From assembly GCA_043746955.1 (NCBI GenBank), contig JAYTQA010000313.1, positions 1 through 45,483 on the forward strand: 45,483 nt of DNA, written 5' to 3'. The position numbers and the translations under genes were made by a program. Shown here one piece after another: positions 17,002 through 26,462 of this stretch (the stretch's first letter is position 1; every line of letters begins with the position of its first letter). The DNA comes from a bacterium (lineage in GTDB: Bacteria > Pseudomonadota > Alphaproteobacteria > Rhodobacterales > Rhodobacteraceae). Under the pieces are notes generated by a model. It saw only the letters and a program-made list of their open reading frames with translations, ran no database searches and was not told the DNA's origin.

Positions 17002-18083
17002 GGGCGTCTGACTTTCGCGCGCTTGCGCATGGCTTCGGCAAACCGGATCGCCGCCGCCACGGATTTGTAATGCTCAAACCGGATCGGATGGCCAACCTCG
17101 ACGCTGGCGTAAATCGCCCGCGCGGTGGGCGGATCCCGGTGGATCGGCACCCCCGCTTCGGCCGCCTTTGCGCGAATTCGGGCCGCGATCACATCGACGC
17201 CTTTGGCAAGGCAGATCGGTGCCGACTTGTCGCCCCGCCGCCATTTGAGCGCCACAGCATAATGGGTCGGGTTCACGACGATCACATCCGCGCTTGCCAC
17301 GTCCTGCAACATCTGGGTCAGCGCAATCTCGCGACCCTTTTGCCGGCGATGCCCCCTCATATGCGGGTCGCCCTCGCTTTCGCGGTGCTCTTCAACCACC
17401 TCTTGCCGGGTCATCAGGTTGCGCCGCCGGTGCTGCAGCCACTGCCAGCCATATTCGAGCGTGCCGAAAACCAGACTGGCCAGAAACGCCATGACCAAAA
17501 AATGCAGGATGATCTGCATCATCAAAAGCGAGGTTTGGCCGGCCGAAAGTCGCGGGCTCATCATCACAGCCCCGGCGTATTGTGTCCCAAGCTCCAAAAC
17601 CAGCACGCAAACCACGATCACCTTGAGGAAGCTTTTGCCAAACGAAAACAACCCCTCGCGCCCGAACTTTTGCCCCAGCGCCGCAATTGGTGAGATGCGC
17701 GACCACTTTGGCATGATCCGCTCTGGTGCGATGGTAAAGCCGCGCTGGAGGGCGATGGCCGCGACGGCTGCGGCCATCGGCATCAGCAACAGTGGCAGAA
17801 GCGGTAAGCCAAAACGGGTTAGCAACCCCATGGTGGGCGCGCGGGCGGAGGCCACCATCGCTTGCGACAACCGATCCGACTGCTCGATCAGCGTGACTGC
17901 TGCGGCACCCAAGGCGCTGACGACATAACCGCCCGACAGGCTGATCGCCAGCGCCGAACCGCCATAAATCGCGGCCGTGGCGAGATCCAACGAGCGGGGA
18001 ACGTCGCCGCGTTTGCGCGCCTCATCCAGCCGTTTTTGCGACGGTTCGTGAGATTTTTCGCTGTCATTGTCAGCGCCGCTCAT
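16998..18083 (-). CDS. flhB: Export switch protein FlhB
   Basis: EKSHEPSQKRLDEARKRGDV; EGDP; NPTHYAVAL autocleavage motif. Confidence 0.97.
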   Translation of the reverse strand: MSGADNDSEKSHEPSQKRLDEARKRGDVPRSLDLATAAIYGGSALAISLSGGYVVSALGAAAVTLIEQSDRLSQAMVASARAPTMGLLTRFGLPLLPLLLMPMAAAVAAIALQRGFTIAPERIMPKWSRISPIAALGQKFGREGLFSFGKSFLKVIVVCVLVLELGTQYAGAVMMSPRLSAGQTSLLMMQIILHFLVMAFLASLVFGTLEYGWQWLQHRRRNLMTRQEVVEEHRESEGDPHMRGHRRQKGREIALTQMLQDVASADVIVVNPTHYAVALKWRRGDKSAPICLAKGVDVIAARIRAKAAEAGVPIHRDPPTARAIYASVEVGHPIRFEHYKSVAAAIRFAEAMRKRAKVRRP

Positions 18084-18856
18084 GGCGAAAGCTTGACCGG
18101 ATTGGCCAGAAAGCTGTCAAATCCTGCCAGCCACAAGACGAGCAAAAGCGGCACCAGCATCGCCATCAGAAAAAGGGCGCCCGCCGTCATTGCGGGCGCC
18201 CCGATCATCGAAACCGGCATTTGCGGCATCGCGCGGTTGATCACACCCAGCGCCAGGTTGTAGATCACCGACGCGATGACAAACGGTGCTGCCAGCGAAA
18301 ATGCCAGAACCGTCGCCTGCACCACCCGGCTTACCCCCCAATCGGCGAAGTCTGCGCTATTGGGGAAGTGACCGGCCGGCAGAAACTTGTAGGACAGAAT
18401 AAGCAGACTGGCGGCCTTGACATGCAGCCCTGCGCGTAACGCAAGCGCGAGGCTGGCCAGCACGAGCAGGTTGCCGATCGCCGGTTGCGGCTCGGGGGTG
18501 GCCCCGCCGAACAGCTGCGAAAGCGAGGTGGTCTGCGCAATGATCGACCCCGCCATCTGCAGGGCCAGGACGAAAAGCCGCATCCCGATCCCCAAGGCAA
18601 GTCCGGCCAGAACCTCCTCGGCCGCGGCGATCGGCATCGAGGGTAAACCTTGCAGTTCGCTCGCGACCGCAGGTGCGACGATGGCAGAAAACGCCAAAGC
18701 CGCCACCAGGCGCACCCGTTGCGGCACCGCCTGGTCGCCGAAAGCCGGCATCAGAAACACCGCCGCCCCGACCCGCAAGAACACCAGTGCTGCCACCCAA
18801 AGCCAGTCTTGCGTCACACCGGCGGCCTGCAACAACTGGGCCATGAGGTCATTCAT
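18080..18856 (-). CDS. fliR: Export apparatus protein FliR
   Basis: VFLRVGA..FLMP.FG; LG.INRAMPQM; multiple TM segments. Confidence 0.95.
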   Translation of the reverse strand: MNDLMAQLLQAAGVTQDWLWVAALVFLRVGAAVFLMPAFGDQAVPQRVRLVAALAFSAIVAPAVASELQGLPSMPIAAAEEVLAGLALGIGMRLFVLALQMAGSIIAQTTSLSQLFGGATPEPQPAIGNLLVLASLALALRAGLHVKAASLLILSYKFLPAGHFPNSADFADWGVSRVVQATVLAFSLAAPFVIASVIYNLALGVINRAMPQMPVSMIGAPAMTAGALFLMAMLVPLLLVLWLAGFDSFLANPVKLSP

Positions 18857-20931
18857 AGCGGAACCACGCCGACCAGCGCCGGCCGCGCCTCCATCCCGAT
18901 TTCCTCGTAAGACAGAACCGGGGCCGACAGCCCTTTGGCCCCCATCACCGTGCGCAAAAACCGCCGTCGCAGGGTCGAGGTGACCAGTGCCGGGAACGTC
19001 CCCGCTTCAGCCGCTTTGTTCAGTTTTTCGGCCAAGCCATTGGCAAGACGGCTGAATTGATCGGGCGGCAAGGCCACGTCGCGCTGGCCACGATCCCCCT
19101 CAATCTGGTGGGTCGCAAAGGTCTTTTCCCATTCCGGCGCCAACTGGATCAAGGGGATCGTGCCATCCTCACGTTTCAGTTCAGCCACCAGTTGAAAGCC
19201 CAGACGCTGGCGGACGTGTTCGCAAATCGCTTCCGGCGTCCCCAAGCTGCGCGCCTCGGCCGAAGCCTCAAGGATCAGCGGCAGATTGCGAATTGAGACT
19301 TTTTCTTCCAGCAACAGGCGCAGGACGGTCAGAAGCGTGTCCATCGGGACTTTATCGGGCACCAACTCGTCCAAAAGGCGCTTGTTTTGATCGGCGCGCG
19401 TGACGTCAGACACTTTGACAAATTCATCCAGCAAGCGGCGCAAGCCGCGCAGCGACAACAGACGGGCAAGATTGCTTTTGATCACCTCAAGCAGATGGGT
19501 CGCCAGAACTTCGGGCGGCGAGACGACGGTAAGGCCCGCAAAAACCGCATCTTCTTGCGTGTCGGGCCGGATCCAGCGGGCTGGCGCACCATAGACAGGT
19601 TCTTTGACGTCAATGCCGTCGGGGGCAGAAATCCCTTCGGCCAAGAGCACCAGCGCACGGTCGGGGACCAACTTGTCGCGCACCTTTTCCACGCCCTGAA
19701 GCCGGATGGAATAGGTACCAGGGTTCAAAGTCGCCTCGTCCGTGAGGCGAATTTCGGGCAGAATCAACCCGTAGTGGGCAGCCACATGGTTGCGCATGTT
19801 CGAAATCCGCGCGTCCAGACCGGTGGCGGTGTCGAGCACCATGGCGACGAGGTTGGGCGCAAACTCGATATGAATCTCATCAAAATCAAGGATATCGCCA
19901 ATGGACTTCTTCGCGGGTGCCGTGGCAATCGCCTCTGCCTCGGCGGGCGCTGTCGGATTGCGCCGGAGCGCCCGCCAGCCCGCGGCTGCCAAAGCGCCCG
20001 AGCCGACCATAAAGGGGAAAAACGGCATCCCAGGCACGACGGCGATCAGCGCCATCACCAAAGCCACCGTGCCCAAAGCCCCCGGATAGCGGCCAAGCTG
20101 GGCGAAGAACGAGATGTCGGTCGCCCCAACCGCACCGCCCCGTGCCAGCAAAAGTGCGGCCCCGACCGAGATGATCACTGCAGGAATTTGGCTGACCAAA
20201 CCGTCGCCAACGGTCAAAATCGCATAAGTTTCAAAGGCTTTTGCCACCGGCATCCCATGGACGAACACCCCCATGATCAAGCCCATCACGATGTTCAAAC
20301 CGGTGATCATCAAGCCCGCCACCGCATCGCCCTTGACGAACTTTGACGCGCCGTCGAGCGAACCGAAAAAGTTCGTCTCGGCCAATTCCTTCTCGCGCCG
20401 GGCTTTGGCTTCGGTGTGGGAAATTGCACCGGCGGCCATATCGGCGTCGATCGCGAGTTGCTTGCCCGGCATTCCGTCCAGCGCAAAACGCGCGCCAACC
20501 TCCGCCATCCGGCCCGCGCCCTTGGTGATGACGACAAAGTTCACAATCAGCAGAACAAGAAAAATCACGAGCCCAAGCAACAGGTTACCGCCCATGATGA
20601 AGGTGGCGAAACCTTGGATCACATGCCCGGCTGCTCCGGTCCCGGTATGGCCTTGCCCGATGATCAGTTTGGTGGAGGACACGTTCAGCGAAAGCCGCAG
20701 CATCAGCGAGACCAGCAGGATGGTCGGAAAAGCCGAAAACTCCAGCGGCCGTTCGATAAACAGGGTCACCGTCAGCATCAGAATCGCCAGCGCGAAGGAC
20801 AAGGCCAGCCCGATGTCGAGCACCCAGGCCGGCACCGGCAGCACCATCATCAGAATCACCCCCATCAGGGCGAGGGCCAGCAAAATCGTCGGCCGAAACA
20901 GCGTGGCAGGGTCGATCTGGAAGCCAAACAT
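18853..20931 (-). CDS. flhA: Export gate protein FlhA
   Basis: RMAEVGARFALDGMPGKQLAIDAD; GSLDGASKFVKGDA. Confidence 0.98.
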   Translation of the reverse strand: MFGFQIDPATLFRPTILLALALMGVILMMVLPVPAWVLDIGLALSFALAILMLTVTLFIERPLEFSAFPTILLVSLMLRLSLNVSSTKLIIGQGHTGTGAAGHVIQGFATFIMGGNLLLGLVIFLVLLIVNFVVITKGAGRMAEVGARFALDGMPGKQLAIDADMAAGAISHTEAKARREKELAETNFFGSLDGASKFVKGDAVAGLMITGLNIVMGLIMGVFVHGMPVAKAFETYAILTVGDGLVSQIPAVIISVGAALLLARGGAVGATDISFFAQLGRYPGALGTVALVMALIAVVPGMPFFPFMVGSGALAAAGWRALRRNPTAPAEAEAIATAPAKKSIGDILDFDEIHIEFAPNLVAMVLDTATGLDARISNMRNHVAAHYGLILPEIRLTDEATLNPGTYSIRLQGVEKVRDKLVPDRALVLLAEGISAPDGIDVKEPVYGAPARWIRPDTQEDAVFAGLTVVSPPEVLATHLLEVIKSNLARLLSLRGLRRLLDEFVKVSDVTRADQNKRLLDELVPDKVPMDTLLTVLRLLLEEKVSIRNLPLILEASAEARSLGTPEAICEHVRQRLGFQLVAELKREDGTIPLIQLAPEWEKTFATHQIEGDRGQRDVALPPDQFSRLANGLAEKLNKAAEAGTFPALVTSTLRRRFLRTVMGAKGLSAPVLSYEEIGMEARPALVGVVPL

Positions 20932-21632
20932 CAGGAATTTCCCCCGATCAGACGCCCGCGCGCGCTGGTTTCAGGCACGATGGAGCCAAAGCCGCCTTGC
21001 GCACCAGGTTGCAAAAGGGGAAAATTATTCGCGCGTGGCGGCGGGGCGGCGGCAGTTTCTGCCACCATTGCAGCCTCCGGCCCGTTCAGAACCGCCTTGA
21101 CCTGGTTAAGGTAGGCGTGGGCGAGGTCCGGAGAGCGCGAATGATAGCTCGCCACCGCATCTGCCCAGTTCCCGGTTTCCTGATACAGCGACATCAGGAA
21201 CCCGGCCGCATAACTGGCGTTCTTTTCAGGGTCAAACATCGCGTCAAAGGTCGAAAATGCGGAGCCATGCCAGCGGATGTTCAACTGGAAACAACCGATG
21301 TCAAAGGTACCGGTCCCATCGGTCAGATGGGCTGCGGCGGCGGCGACAGCTTCGGCTTTGGAATCGTAGAATGCGCCCTTGCCATCGGCGTTGATCGTCC
21401 AGGGCCACGGACTTAGGCTGCCGTCGTGCCTGCGCCCGGTTTCAACACGGGAAATCGCCAGCAATATATCGATCGGCACGCCGGTTGCCGTCGCAGCATG
21501 CGATGCGGCGCGGTCACATAAGGTGCCGGGATCAGCGGCAGCCCGCACGGTCTCAGCACCGACCGAAACGCCAAGCACTCCAACGGCACAAGACGCCCAG
21601 CGAAAAAAAGCATTTTTTGTCACGGGCTTCAC
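20931..21632 (-). CDS. sltF: Flagellar lytic transglycosylase (SLT domain)
   Basis: AISRVETG; PWPWTIN; DIGCFQLN..WH; A...YHS; N-terminal signal peptide. Confidence 0.85.
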   Translation of the reverse strand: MKPVTKNAFFRWASCAVGVLGVSVGAETVRAAADPGTLCDRAASHAATATGVPIDILLAISRVETGRRHDGSLSPWPWTINADGKGAFYDSKAEAVAAAAAHLTDGTGTFDIGCFQLNIRWHGSAFSTFDAMFDPEKNASYAAGFLMSLYQETGNWADAVASYHSRSPDLAHAYLNQVKAVLNGPEAAMVAETAAAPPPRANNFPLLQPGAQGGFGSIVPETSARGRLIGGNS

Positions 21633-21756
21633 CCTATCTCGACCTGCTTCTGCAAGCCTCTCGTGAGACTAGCGTCGAAACCTTACCGAGCCGTAACCAC
21701 CCGAAGTTTCGCCGACATCGCGCAACAAAAGAATATCTGCCGACCCGCACTCCCGA

Positions 21757-23970
21757 CTACTGGGTTGGCGAAACCGGCGATTTCACCGAATTGAGCAGGG
21801 CTGTGATCGCATCCCGCGTCGCCGCGCTGTCTCGTACCAGCGCTTTGTTGCGGGCTATCGGTCCGAGAACCCCGATCGACGCGTGCGGCTCTGCAATGGC
21901 ACTGCCGGTCGTGCTCTGCGCATCTGGTACCACAATGGCTGCCACCGCTTTCCAAGGATCGGGGCCGTCTTGCGCCACGGTGTCCCAAGATTGCGACCGA
22001 TTGAGCGCCGACCAGCGTTGGTCAGACTTGCCCATCTTGGCATAGAGGTCGGCCGCAGCCTTTTCGTCGCCCAACGCGTGGAGAGCGTCGGCTTTTACTG
22101 CCAAGGCCGGACTTGATAGATCGGTTTGCAGGATCGACAAGGCCGCTTCGGGCCGACCTTGCGCCAAAAGGGTGCGGGCTTTCAGGAGATCGGGTGCCGC
22201 ATCATCCAGTACGAGCCAGCGCGCTGCCTGATCGGCAAGCCCAAGGCCCAGCATCCGGTCAGCAATGAGCGATGCGGCCCGCTTCGCCTCTGCAGGCAAA
22301 GGATCCGTCGCGGCCAGAGTTGCATGCGCCAAAAGGGCACTGTCAGGCCCGGCCAGCGCCAGAACCTGCCAAAGCGTGGCAGTAGCATCCGGCGCTTGCG
22401 GGATTTCGGCAAAGGCTGTGTCAAAATCGCCGGAGGCTGCATGGGCCAGCAGCAGCGCATGGCGATAGCGCGGGGCAGCGGCACTGCCTTCCCGCTCTTT
22501 CAGCAGCCCTTCGAGGGTCTGGACCTGATCATAACCGATCGATTGGCCCAAGGCCGCCCGCTGTTCCACCAGGTCGACCAAAGCATCCGCCGCAGCCGGG
22601 CCCGAAGCGCTCGCCAAGGGTTCCAGCTTGGCTTCGGACCGCCCGGGCTTGCCAAGGGCGCGGTCCATCGCGGCAAGCATCAGCACGATACCCGGACCGG
22701 GATCACCGGGGGCCCGCAACACCGCATCCCGCAAGGCGGTGGCAACCGAGATGTCGTTGGCCGCCAGAAATCGGTCGACCAGCTGCGGCCCCAACAGCTT
22801 GCGCAGATGCGGGGGCAGGGCGGAAAAACTGCGCAGGACGGCGGATTTGCCAGTTTGCTCGGTTGGGCGTGCGTTGGGATTGGCCAGCGTCGCCCACAGA
22901 GCAGCGGTGCCGCCACACTCCTCCATCCCGAGGAATGCCGGGGTTGGGTCGGGTTCGTCATCGAGGATATGCGCCATGCTCTGCCAGATTGGCGTGTCCG
23001 CCAAATTGCCCGGAAACGACCGCGCAAGACTGGTCGCCTCAGCACCAAAGCCCAAAAACAGCTGAAACCGGATCGCGCGCGTGACCGCATCGGGGTCAGG
23101 TCGGTCAAACTCGCCGGTCAGACCCTGGCGTTCAGGCCCGATCTGATCGGAAATCGGTCGGGAGGCGCCCCAGGCGGGCAGGTCGAGTTGGTCATCCGAC
23201 AGGCACGCCGCACCCTGCGCCGTCAAGGGTACGCGGGCTGACCCTTTTTGCCGGATGACAAGACCGGGCGTCTCGCCCAAATGGATTTGTACAGATGGGC
23301 CCGGGGTCGCAGCCGTCCGCGGCATTTTCTTCGGTTTTGCCATATCAACGATGCCCTGCGAGGCGCCACGGCTCATCTCTTCAATCAGCGACAATCGCAG
23401 CGGCTCAAGCGAGGGGTCGGCTGCGAGCAGCCCATCATTGGCGGTGGTCGCCAAAGCGGGGTTGAGCGGGGCTTCCGCTGCAACCGGGCCAAGGGCAACT
23501 TTCGTCCAGTCATAAGTCGGCAGCGCAGGCGTTAGCTTGATTTCAAACGGAGCTTCGACCACCGCAACCGGGCTGTCGATCGGCTGTTCGAACGACGACC
23601 CTTTGGGCGGCGCGCCGTCATAGAGATCGACCACCACGGTGCCGGGCCGAAGTTCGAACGGCATGGCGTAACAGGTACAGGCGATGCCCAAATGCAGATC
23701 GCCGGTCTTGGGGTCTGCCGACAGGGCCGCGAGACGGCTTTTGCCAATCAGATCAAACGCTTTGGCCATGTTGTAGGTTGGCCGTTGGTTTTGCACGCGC
23801 AAGGTATAGCCATCCAGCGCGCGACCAACCTGCCAAAGCACCGGGCCGTCAAATTTCAGGACAAGCCGGGTAAAGCCCGGATGTTCGCCCGAAGTGACCG
23901 CAACAGGTCCGGCCGCAGCCTCAAGCGGACCCAAGACCAGCGCGAGCGCCAGGGCAGGCCAGAACCTCAT
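21757..23970 (-). CDS. Large periplasmic TPR-like motility accessory protein (MotK-like)
   Basis: Signal peptide, SGEH.GFTRLV start, helical repeat C-half; ATGA-type coupling downstream of motA, as for C. sphaeroides Fla2 motK. Confidence 0.65.
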   Translation of the reverse strand: MRFWPALALALVLGPLEAAAGPVAVTSGEHPGFTRLVLKFDGPVLWQVGRALDGYTLRVQNQRPTYNMAKAFDLIGKSRLAALSADPKTGDLHLGIACTCYAMPFELRPGTVVVDLYDGAPPKGSSFEQPIDSPVAVVEAPFEIKLTPALPTYDWTKVALGPVAAEAPLNPALATTANDGLLAADPSLEPLRLSLIEEMSRGASQGIVDMAKPKKMPRTAATPGPSVQIHLGETPGLVIRQKGSARVPLTAQGAACLSDDQLDLPAWGASRPISDQIGPERQGLTGEFDRPDPDAVTRAIRFQLFLGFGAEATSLARSFPGNLADTPIWQSMAHILDDEPDPTPAFLGMEECGGTAALWATLANPNARPTEQTGKSAVLRSFSALPPHLRKLLGPQLVDRFLAANDISVATALRDAVLRAPGDPGPGIVLMLAAMDRALGKPGRSEAKLEPLASASGPAAADALVDLVEQRAALGQSIGYDQVQTLEGLLKEREGSAAAPRYRHALLLAHAASGDFDTAFAEIPQAPDATATLWQVLALAGPDSALLAHATLAATDPLPAEAKRAASLIADRMLGLGLADQAARWLVLDDAAPDLLKARTLLAQGRPEAALSILQTDLSSPALAVKADALHALGDEKAAADLYAKMGKSDQRWSALNRSQSWDTVAQDGPDPWKAVAAIVVPDAQSTTGSAIAEPHASIGVLGPIARNKALVRDSAATRDAITALLNSVKSPVSPTQ

Positions 23971-24839
23971 GCCGCGTTATCCTGCTTTAAGCTGCGCAAC
24001 ACCTCTTCCACGGCGGAAAAGCTGGGGCGAACGTGATGCGGCGTATTCTGGCGACCAACCTCGATGCAGATGTTCGGCGGGTGCCGGTGCAGGTTGGCAA
24101 TCAAGACCTCCCGGATCAACTGGTGGAAACAATTGTCCTCGTCGACCACCGCCTTGATGCGGGTCGACATCGGACCGATGAAACCATAGGCTAGGAACAC
24201 CCCCAAAAAGGTTCCCACCAAAGCGCCACCGATCATGCCGCCCAAAATCTCAGGTGGCTGGTCGATCGAGCCCATGGTCTTGATCACACCCAGAACGGCC
24301 GCAACAATGCCGATTGCGGGCATCGCGTCGGCCATGCTTTGCCAAGCGTGGCTGCCGTGCAGGGCGTGGTGGTGCGCCTCTTCCATCCGCTTATCGAGAA
24401 CCTCTTCCACCTGATGCGGGTCGTCGTAATTCATCGAAGCGGCGCGCAGCGTGTCGCAGATCAGTTCGACCACGTCATGATCGTGCTGGATTTTGGGATA
24501 GCGGCCAAAAATGCTGGACGCTTCAGGACTTTCCACATGCTCTTCCAGAACAACCGGGTTCGAGCGGGCCACGCGCACCAGATCAAACAGGAGCGCCAGC
24601 AAATCCCGGTAATCGCCCGCCTTCCATTTGCAGCCTTTGAAGACCTTGCCCAGATCCTTGGCCGCCTGTTTCACCGTGGCCAGATCATTGCCCAACAGGA
24701 ACGCGCCAACCGCAGCCCCGGCAATCACGATCATTTCGTGCGGCACGGCTTCGAGGATGATGCCCATCTTGCCGCCAGCAAACATATAGCCGCCGAAGAC
24801 CATCACGAAAATCATAATGATGCCGATTATGGCGATCAT
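23967..24839 (-). CDS. motA: Flagellar stator protein MotA
   Basis: MPAIGIVAAVLGVIKTM; GGALVGTFLGVFLAYG; IEVGRQ. Confidence 0.97.
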   Translation of the reverse strand: MIAIIGIIMIFVMVFGGYMFAGGKMGIILEAVPHEMIVIAGAAVGAFLLGNDLATVKQAAKDLGKVFKGCKWKAGDYRDLLALLFDLVRVARSNPVVLEEHVESPEASSIFGRYPKIQHDHDVVELICDTLRAASMNYDDPHQVEEVLDKRMEEAHHHALHGSHAWQSMADAMPAIGIVAAVLGVIKTMGSIDQPPEILGGMIGGALVGTFLGVFLAYGFIGPMSTRIKAVVDEDNCFHQLIREVLIANLHRHPPNICIEVGRQNTPHHVRPSFSAVEEVLRSLKQDNAA

Positions 24840-24886
24840 GGTCAGCCCCCGTTTGCTCGTGCAACTGCCATGCTTGACACCCTTGG

Positions 24887-24902
24887 GTTAAGAAAGCCTG
24901 AG
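24887..24902 (-). promoter_or_regulatory. CtrA-like box upstream of motA (CTCA-N7-TTAAC on minus strand)
   Basis: GTTAA GAAAGCC TGAG on the plus strand. Confidence 0.5.
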
Positions 24903-24903
24903 C

Positions 24904-25464
24904 CTAATTCTTCGGCGCGTTTGCGTTGCGACCCGCGAGCAGGACCGACACCTGATAGGCCTTGTCCGGCTTCATCCCGGCCATGACTGCTGCGGCCGAG
25001 GCGGGTTGCATCCGGCCCAGAAACCCTGCAGCGAATTCAGGAGCCATCGTCTGAAACAGGGTTGCCGCATCGGCAGGCTTCATCGCTTCGTAGACCGCCG
25101 TCAGTTGGGTCAGGTCTTTTTCAGAGGCACCTTCCGCAATTGCGAGGGTGTTTTTCAGGCCATCTTCTGCGGTCTTCAGCTCCCCCATGCGTTTGCTGAT
25201 CGCGAGGTCAGCCAGGTTCAGGGCTGCCATCCGTTCAGCCATCACCTGCTCTTGCGCCTTGACCCCGGTTTCTCGACCCTTCAGGGCTGCGGCCAAGGCT
25301 GCCGGTGGCGTTGGGCATTTGAGGGGTGCCGCAGAGGTTTCGCTGGTCGAATTGGCCAAGGCGGCCCCGATGCCCGCGCCAAGCCGCATGGCTCCGGAGG
25401 ACGCCAGAATAAGCGCAAGAATCACCAGCACACTGCGGCTCGATTTGGCCTTGGGTGCGGTCAT
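24904..25464 (-). CDS. motE: MotE family periplasmic motility chaperone (MgtE N-terminal-like)
   Basis: LTAVYEAMKPADAA.LF..M.PEFAAGFLGRM.P..AA.VMAGM.P motif. Confidence 0.88.
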   Translation of the reverse strand: MTAPKAKSSRSVLVILALILASSGAMRLGAGIGAALANSTSETSAAPLKCPTPPAALAAALKGRETGVKAQEQVMAERMAALNLADLAISKRMGELKTAEDGLKNTLAIAEGASEKDLTQLTAVYEAMKPADAATLFQTMAPEFAAGFLGRMQPASAAAVMAGMKPDKAYQVSVLLAGRNANAPKN

Positions 25465-25856
25465 TCGGCGGCCTCCAAATCGGTGCGCGCCACGCGCCTG
25501 CGGACAAAGCGCAGTTTGCGGTCAGCATCCTCCCCCGGCTCGACCGGATCGGGCGGGGTCAGCGCAACCGGCTCGGGAAGATCATGCAGCGACGCCAGCA
25601 ACAATTCGATGCGCGCGGCCGCAGCTTCGGCCCGCGCGGTCAGACCTTCCAGACTGGAGGCAGACCCCTTCGCCGCCGCGCCGGCTTTTTCCAGCGCTTT
25701 GGTCATGTCATCGACCTGCACCGACAGAACTGCAATCGCCCCGCCCATCCCGCTTTCCAGCGTGGTGAATTTCTTCAGCCGGGCGGCCAGCACATAACAA
25801 TAAGTCGCAGCCCCAAATGCGCCAGCCGACAGAAGGAGGTCTGATATCAGGTTCAT
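25461..25856 (-). CDS. Conserved membrane-anchored coiled-coil protein of the flagellar cluster (DUF6468-like)
   Basis: TM ending YCYVLAARL, then coiled coil; lies between fliL and motE. Confidence 0.7.
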   Translation of the reverse strand: MNLISDLLLSAGAFGAATYCYVLAARLKKFTTLESGMGGAIAVLSVQVDDMTKALEKAGAAAKGSASSLEGLTARAEAAAARIELLLASLHDLPEPVALTPPDPVEPGEDADRKLRFVRRRVARTDLEAAE

Positions 25857-25865
25857 AAGTCCCTC

Positions 25866-26360
25866 TTAATCCAACACAAATTCGGTAACGAGCAGATCAC
25901 GCACCCGACCCTCACCGGTGACAATCTGGATGCGCCGCAGCATCTGCGAGCGCAGGCGCACCAAAGCGTCAGGATCCTCAAGCTCTGCCAGCGCAACGGC
26001 GCGCAAGTAGCCGTTAATCACGTCCAGAATGCGCGGCACGAGGTTCGTCACCTCCGACGCCTTATCTTTGGCGACCTCAAGTTGGGCGGTGAATCGCAGG
26101 TGATGATTCTCCGCGGCTTTGCCAAGCGAGATGGTGACCGGCGTGATCGGCACAAAGGCTATTTCCGGCGCATCGCCCTGCGCGGCCTCTTTCGGGTGGG
26201 CTTCCGACGCCGGGGCCAGAATCATCCCGGAATAGACGGCATAAAAGCCACCACCGCCCAGACCCAGGAACAGCACCAGCCCGATGAGCATGGGCAGCTT
26301 CGACTTTTTCTTGGTGGCCGCGTCCTGCGGCACTTCGGCTTCGGCCAAAGGGACCTCCAT
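25866..26360 (-). CDS. fliL: Basal body-associated protein FliL
   Basis: KKKSK-TM-GGGGF; PRILD..NGYLR; VRDLLVTEFVL. Confidence 0.92.
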   Translation of the reverse strand: MEVPLAEAEVPQDAATKKKSKLPMLIGLVLFLGLGGGGFYAVYSGMILAPASEAHPKEAAQGDAPEIAFVPITPVTISLGKAAENHHLRFTAQLEVAKDKASEVTNLVPRILDVINGYLRAVALAELEDPDALVRLRSQMLRRIQIVTGEGRVRDLLVTEFVLD

Positions 26361-26394
26361 CCTCGTTCTGAGACCAAAGATAGACCGGTTCCTA

Positions 26395-26409
26395 CTAACC
26401 GATTGTTAA
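26395..26409. promoter_or_regulatory. CtrA box in divergent fliL/fliF promoter (CTAA-N7-TTAA)
   Basis: CTAA CCGATTG TTAA; one mismatch to consensus. Confidence 0.75.
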
Positions 26410-26462
26410 GACCGGCACTTCAATGTGTGCCGCAGGGGCAGAAGCCCTGAACGGAGTCGACA

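Noticed and set aside
21683-21697. CtrA-like TTAC-N6-GTAAC upstream of sltF
   Set aside because: Spacing is 6 rather than 7 and both halves are mismatched; at best a half-site.
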